DNA from: an uncultured Nitrospira sp.
GTDB lineage: Bacteria > Nitrospirota > Nitrospiria > Nitrospirales > UBA8639
NCBI RefSeq assembly: GCF_902500695.1
Contig: NZ_CABVRQ010000005.1
Span: forward strand, 14,390 to 78,389
Length of the DNA: 64,000 bases
Direction of reading: 5' to 3'
The translations under genes were made by a program, and so were the position numbers. Positions 59,883-64,000 of the stretch are shown one piece after another (position 1 is the stretch's first letter; each line of letters begins with the position of its first letter). The notes under the pieces were generated by a model. That model saw nothing but the letters and a program-made list of their open reading frames with translations. It searched no databases and was not told where the DNA came from.

Positions 59883-60578
59883 ATGCTGTTTTTAGCTCTA
59901 GAGTCCGCCACCTCTCATCAGAGTGTGGCCGTGTTTCGGGACCAACAGCTGTTAGGCAGTCTGGACTGTGAGTCAGGGCGGCCTCTGACCCCACAACTCA
60001 TTCCCACAATCGATAGGCTGTTATCTTCGGTCTCTTTGCAGTTATCAAATCTTGAAGGTTTGGTGGTGTCTATTGGTCCGGGGACTTTCACCGGATTACG
60101 AGTGGGACTAGCGACAATGACAGCCTTTCGGCTGGCTTTCCAGATTCCTTTGGTTGGAGTTTCCACACTCGAAGGGCTTGCCTGGAATCATCCTGTTACC
60201 GATCTCCCTCTGCTCAGCACTATCGGTATTCGCCAGGGAGTAGTGTATTGGGCACTGTTCCGTTGGGAGAATCAACAGATCGTGTGCGTGAAAGAGTCTC
60301 AAATCGGGGACATCATTGACGTCTGTGGTGCCCTGTCCGAACCGACCATTGTGCTCGGAGATGGGTGGATACAGAACCGGGAGACTCTCCTTTCAAAAGG
60401 GTTCTCTTTTGCCGAAGCTCCTGCTGAGGAGCAATGGCCATCGGCCAAAGGGACCGGCATGGCAGGACGGGTATTGCTGGAACGAGGGGTTCTCCTTCCT
60501 CAAGGCTGCACCCCACATTATATTCAGCCATCGTATGCAGAAATATCAAACACTAAAAGCTTGAATCCCATCGGGTGA
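59883..60578 (+). CDS. tsaB: tRNA t6A37 biosynthesis protein TsaB (YeaZ)
   Basis: 231 aa. LALESATSHQSVAV and VVSIGPGTFTGLRVGLATMTAF motifs, followed by rimI as is typical. Confidence 0.85.
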   Translation: MLFLALESATSHQSVAVFRDQQLLGSLDCESGRPLTPQLIPTIDRLLSSVSLQLSNLEGLVVSIGPGTFTGLRVGLATMTAFRLAFQIPLVGVSTLEGLAWNHPVTDLPLLSTIGIRQGVVYWALFRWENQQIVCVKESQIGDIIDVCGALSEPTIVLGDGWIQNRETLLSKGFSFAEAPAEEQWPSAKGTGMAGRVLLERGVLLPQGCTPHYIQPSYAEISNTKSLNPIG

Positions 60579-60619
60579 GACTTCTTGGTACCTGTTCGTG
60601 TGACATAGAGGAGTGAAGG

Positions 60620-61165
60620 ATGTTCACAAAGGACCGTGTCGTGGATACTGATCCATTTCACATTGAGGCCATTCGATTGGCCACATTGGCTGATCTGGAC
60701 GCATTGGTGAGTCTGGAAGAGTCCTGCTTTGCTGTTCCCTGGTCAAGAAAAAGCTTTGAAGCTGAATTGCACGGGAATTCCTTCAGCCAAATTCTTGTCA
60801 TTCCGGGTCCAAAGGAACAACCGGAAATTCCCTTGCTGGCCTATATCTGCGTGTGGGTGATCTTTGAAGAAATCCGCTTTTTAAATCTGGCGGTTCACCC
60901 TCATTTTCGTAGAAATGGGTTGGGTAAACAGTTAATTCTACAAGCATTATGCATTGGGAGTGCTCAAGGATGTTGTCGGGGGATGTTGGAGGTTCGGGAC
61001 TCCAATCAGATGGCAAAACAACTCTATGAGTTCTTTAAATTTAAGGAATATGGCAGAAGAAGCTCCTACTATACGAATCCTAGCGAGGATGCTATCCTTA
61101 TGATCCTGGAGCCTATTTCCAGGCCAATTTCTGTCGAAAATGATCTAGAGGAAGTCCAGGTCTAA
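60620..61165 (+). CDS. rimI: ribosomal-protein-alanine N-acetyltransferase (GNAT)
   Basis: 181 aa. LNLAVHPHFRRNGLGKQLI acetyl-CoA-binding motif, LEVRDSNQMAKQLYEFFKFKEYGRRSSYY, and the tsaB-rimI synteny. Confidence 0.8.
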   Translation: MFTKDRVVDTDPFHIEAIRLATLADLDALVSLEESCFAVPWSRKSFEAELHGNSFSQILVIPGPKEQPEIPLLAYICVWVIFEEIRFLNLAVHPHFRRNGLGKQLILQALCIGSAQGCCRGMLEVRDSNQMAKQLYEFFKFKEYGRRSSYYTNPSEDAILMILEPISRPISVENDLEEVQV

Positions 61166-61224
61166 TGCAAAGAGGAGACGCTTACCAGTTCAATATTCAC
61201 TACTAACACAGGAGGGCACCGAAA

Positions 61225-61467
61225 GTGACGGACGAACAAATCGCCGAAAATTTGCGGGCATCCAATGTGGAGTATCAGGAGTTGGAGGAATCCCATCACC
61301 GGTTGGATCTGGAACTCCAGCAGGTATTGAAACACCATGTGTTGACTCCTCAGGAAGAAATTCTTAAAAAACATTTGCAAAAAGAAAAACTTGGCAAGAA
61401 AGATCGAATGGCTGCTCTTATTCGTGAACATCGTGCCTCATGTGATAATGCCAAAACATCTGGATAA
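61225..61467 (+). CDS. DUF465 (YdcH-like) family protein
   Basis: 80 aa with a GTG start. YQELEESHHRLDLELQQV...TPQEEILKKHLQKEKLGKKDRMAALI matches the DUF465 pattern. Confidence 0.65.
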   Translation: MTDEQIAENLRASNVEYQELEESHHRLDLELQQVLKHHVLTPQEEILKKHLQKEKLGKKDRMAALIREHRASCDNAKTSG

Positions 61468-61505
61468 TCCGAACGGTTGCTTCGCACGCTAAGCCCCACT
61501 TTCTA

Positions 61506-62306
61506 ATGGCTGCTTTTTCCCCTACCATGGCCATGAATGCGGTGGTGCATCCCCTTCAGCGCCACATTCGTGATATTAAACGCCGGTTACTGATCGTGGG
61601 AGCCACGATCATGGTGTTTTTTGTTATAGCGTTTTCCTATTCTTCCATTCTGATCGACTGGTTCAAGCGGCCCTTTGAAGATGATCTGATTTTTTACGCC
61701 CCGGCTGAGGCATTATTTGCCTCCATAAAAATTTCTTTTATGGCGGCGGTGATTGCCAGTGTCCCTATCATTCTGTACCAATTTTGGAAATTTATTGAGC
61801 CCGCATTGCTTCAGAAAGAACAACGATGGGCGGTGCCGCTTTTCTTCCTGGGGTTGGGATTTTTCCTTTTGGGGTTGGCCTTTTGCAATATGGTGATCCT
61901 GCCGTTGGTCATCGACTTTTTTGTGACGTTTGGCATGGATCGGGCGATTACTCCAGAATTAGCCGTCGGAACCTATGTCGACTTTAACGTCAAGTTTCTC
62001 CTGGCATTTGGCTTTGCGTTTGAAATTCCACTGGTCATTTCTCTTCTGTCTCGTGCCGGGGTCATTCAGGCGTCTGCCCTCATTCGCTTTCGCAAGCATG
62101 CTGCTCTGGTGTCGTTGATACTTTCAGCCGTGATCACGCCGGATGCGACAATGTTCACCATGTTGTTAATGGCTGTCCCGTTGATCCTCCTGTATGAAAT
62201 AGGCATTTTAGGCGCAAAGGTCTTTGGACGTGTTTCTCAGCCGGCGGGGGAAAAAAGTCAAACGACTGAGGGGAATGAGGAAGTGGCTGATGAAGAAAAA
62301 GACTAA
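61506..62306 (+). CDS. tatC: twin-arginine translocase subunit TatC
   Basis: 266 aa with six TM segments. HLRDIKRRLL-type N-terminus, YQFWKFIEPAL, FGFAFEIPLV, and SAVITPDAT(MF). Confidence 0.9.
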   Translation: MAAFSPTMAMNAVVHPLQRHIRDIKRRLLIVGATIMVFFVIAFSYSSILIDWFKRPFEDDLIFYAPAEALFASIKISFMAAVIASVPIILYQFWKFIEPALLQKEQRWAVPLFFLGLGFFLLGLAFCNMVILPLVIDFFVTFGMDRAITPELAVGTYVDFNVKFLLAFGFAFEIPLVISLLSRAGVIQASALIRFRKHAALVSLILSAVITPDATMFTMLLMAVPLILLYEIGILGAKVFGRVSQPAGEKSQTTEGNEEVADEEKD

Positions 62307-63432
62307 ACGGATGGGGTCAGGTACCCGATGGACACGAATGCAGGGGCCTCTATGGAATTGTCTTTTCAGCACGGTTGCGTCGATCTGGCTTATGGGGTTT
62401 TCCGGACTTGGAGACAGCCGTCCTCCGTTATCGTCGCTATATCCGGTATCAAATATTCCCTCTCTTCATCCTGATGACTCTGAAAATACCCACAAAGGGT
62501 TTGCCCCTAGTATTCAAACCGTTGTGGTGACTCCAGACGGAGTGGTCTATGCCGGGTCATTTGGAATGGGGCTATTTCGGAGCCAGGATAAGGGGAAGTC
62601 CTGGGAGGCGTTGAATCGAGGCTTGACGGACCCATTTTTGCTCTGTCTTGCCGTGATTCCCGGGAAGCACCTCTATGCCGGGACGATGCGTGGCGGAGTA
62701 TATCGTCTTGGGCTCAAGGGTACGACGTGGGAATCGATTGGAACAGGATTAAATGAGGCGGAAGTCAAATCATTCTTGGTTCACGGGGATGCCCTATATG
62801 CGGGAACAGGAATCGGGGTGTACCGGTGGGTAGAAGGCGAACAACAGTGGGTTATCGTCGGAGCCGGATTGGATCGGATTCTGGTTCCCGGTCTTGCGAT
62901 CATGGATGATGGGAAACTTTTTGCGGCGACTTCCGGCAAAGGTCTCTTTCATCTGGAGACTCAACACGCTTCTCCCTCTAAATGGGTGGACTCTCAATCC
63001 ATATTTGTCGATCCACGGGAACGGTTGCCACATCGCTATCTTCGAGTCATTGCCGTCAATGAAGCGCAACATATTTTTTTAGGAACACAGGATGGGGGGA
63101 TTTTCCGGAGTACGGATCGTGGCCAATCTTGGTCGTCTCTCAGTCGGAATCTCCCCAATGATTCAATTAGAAGCATTCTCCCGGATCATAAAGATATTAT
63201 TGTGGCGACCGGAAACGGAATTTTTCGGTGGAAGACTGATCAGCAAGAATGGATGGGCATGAATACCGGGTTGACTAACCTGGCTATTCAAAGTCTCACG
63301 ATATCGGATGCCGGTGAGTTATATGCCGGAACCAGTAGTGGAGCATTCCGAAGTCAAGACGGGGGTGCGCATTGGACGAATATTAGCCAAGGGTTGGGTA
63401 TCCAGTTGGTTCCCAAGGGCCCTTATGAATAA
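62290..63432 (+). CDS. BNR/Asp-box repeat beta-propeller protein (paralog of 12271-13323)
   Basis: Repeats LFRSQDKGKSW, IFRSTDRGQSW and AFRSQDGGAHW, plus degenerate blades. The start is uncertain: ATG at 62290 overlaps the tatC end, and ATG at 62311 is an alternative. Confidence 0.7.
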   Translation: MKKKTKRMGSGTRWTRMQGPLWNCLFSTVASIWLMGFSGLGDSRPPLSSLYPVSNIPSLHPDDSENTHKGFAPSIQTVVVTPDGVVYAGSFGMGLFRSQDKGKSWEALNRGLTDPFLLCLAVIPGKHLYAGTMRGGVYRLGLKGTTWESIGTGLNEAEVKSFLVHGDALYAGTGIGVYRWVEGEQQWVIVGAGLDRILVPGLAIMDDGKLFAATSGKGLFHLETQHASPSKWVDSQSIFVDPRERLPHRYLRVIAVNEAQHIFLGTQDGGIFRSTDRGQSWSSLSRNLPNDSIRSILPDHKDIIVATGNGIFRWKTDQQEWMGMNTGLTNLAIQSLTISDAGELYAGTSSGAFRSQDGGAHWTNISQGLGIQLVPKGPYE

Positions 63433-63457
63433 ATCCTGGTAACGGAAAGGACGGGAG

Positions 63458-63979
63458 ATGAGCGACGCAACTCAGAAAGATCAGGCAACCACTATTCACA
63501 TTCAGGTGAACGGCGAGTCCTGGGGTGACATCCACTTAAGGCTTTTCTCGGATGTCGCGCCCCATCATGTTCAGAATATGCTGAAACTAGCCAAAGACAA
63601 GTTTTATGACGGCACGACTTTTCATCGGGTGATCCCCAACTTTATGATTCAAGGGGGAGATCCCAATAGTAAGGATCAGGATCGGTCACGCCATGGAATG
63701 GGAGGGCCGGGCTATCGGGTCAATGCGGAATTTAGCTCCAAGCCTCATAAACGAGGGACGCTCTCGATGGCGAGATCGCAAGATCCCAATAGCGCGGGCT
63801 CCCAATTTTTTATATGTGTAGCGGATTCGAGTTTTTTAGATGGTCAATATACGGTGTTTGGTGAGGTGGTGAGTGGCATGGAGACCGTTGATCGAATCGT
63901 CAATGCCAAGCGGGATGGTAATGATAATCCTACTGACCGGATTGAAATGACCATGAGTGTCCCTGAAGCGAATGCCTAA
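63458..63979 (+). CDS. ppiB: cyclophilin-type peptidyl-prolyl cis-trans isomerase
   Basis: 173 aa. FHRVIPNFMIQGGDP, GTLSMARSQDPNSAGSQFFI and VFGEVVSGMETVDRI. Confidence 0.93.
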   Translation: MSDATQKDQATTIHIQVNGESWGDIHLRLFSDVAPHHVQNMLKLAKDKFYDGTTFHRVIPNFMIQGGDPNSKDQDRSRHGMGGPGYRVNAEFSSKPHKRGTLSMARSQDPNSAGSQFFICVADSSFLDGQYTVFGEVVSGMETVDRIVNAKRDGNDNPTDRIEMTMSVPEANA

Positions 63980-64000
63980 GAAATGGTGGTGGGGCTGGCC

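Noticed and set aside
62224-62289. An N-terminal extension of the second BNR-propeller ORF deep into tatC.
   Set aside because: The extension (MDVFLSRRGKKVKRLRG) is the alternate frame of the tatC 3' end. The later ATGs at 62290 or 62311 are more plausible, although the exact start remains uncertain.

Overview
A 64 kb chromosomal segment of a Gram-negative bacterium with about 60 densely packed genes on both strands, and no rRNA, tRNA, CRISPR array, transposase or integrase that I could recognise. The gene content (a UBact/Pup-proteasome cluster, lptFG, tatC, Tat-exported Mo-enzymes, an SmbP-like protein) suggests a Nitrospirota/Nitrospinota-like lineage, but that is inference only.

Most genes are housekeeping:
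- Metabolism and stress: glgC, gpx, trxA, guaA, guaB, two SUOX-fold Mo-enzymes.
- Translation, RNA and DNA: a DEAD-box helicase, aspS, rluB, tsaB, rimI, recN, radA.
- Proteolysis and envelope: clpX, an M16 peptidase pair, an M48 protease, lptF, lptG, tatC, ppiB.

The items that stand out:
1. A complete mpa-dop-UBact-prcB-prcA-pafA proteasome/pupylation-like cluster (15.5-23.3 kb). It is interrupted between dop and the UBact gene by a strikingly A/T-rich class I SAM-methyltransferase gene.
2. Directly downstream, a ~1.07 kb ORF-free A/T-rich tract followed by an A/T-rich RND efflux operon (adaptor, pump, outer-membrane factor). This looks horizontally acquired.
3. A sequence matching the c-di-GMP-I (GEMM-I) riboswitch, plus an intrinsic terminator, immediately upstream of a monocistronic FliA-type sigma factor (47.43-47.61 kb).
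4. A decayed MacB/FtsX-type ABC permease pseudogene that stays in one frame but is broken by several stop codons (3.4-4.3 kb).
5. A 169-bp MITE-like palindromic element with perfect 22-bp terminal inverted repeats (7721-7889).
6. A very strong intrinsic terminator inside the leader of a cold-shock protein gene.
7. A 980-aa protein with two FN3 + six-bladed NHL-propeller modules and no signal peptide.

All calls come from reading the translations and DNA by eye. No database search or computation was run, and GC statements are visual impressions that should be computed.
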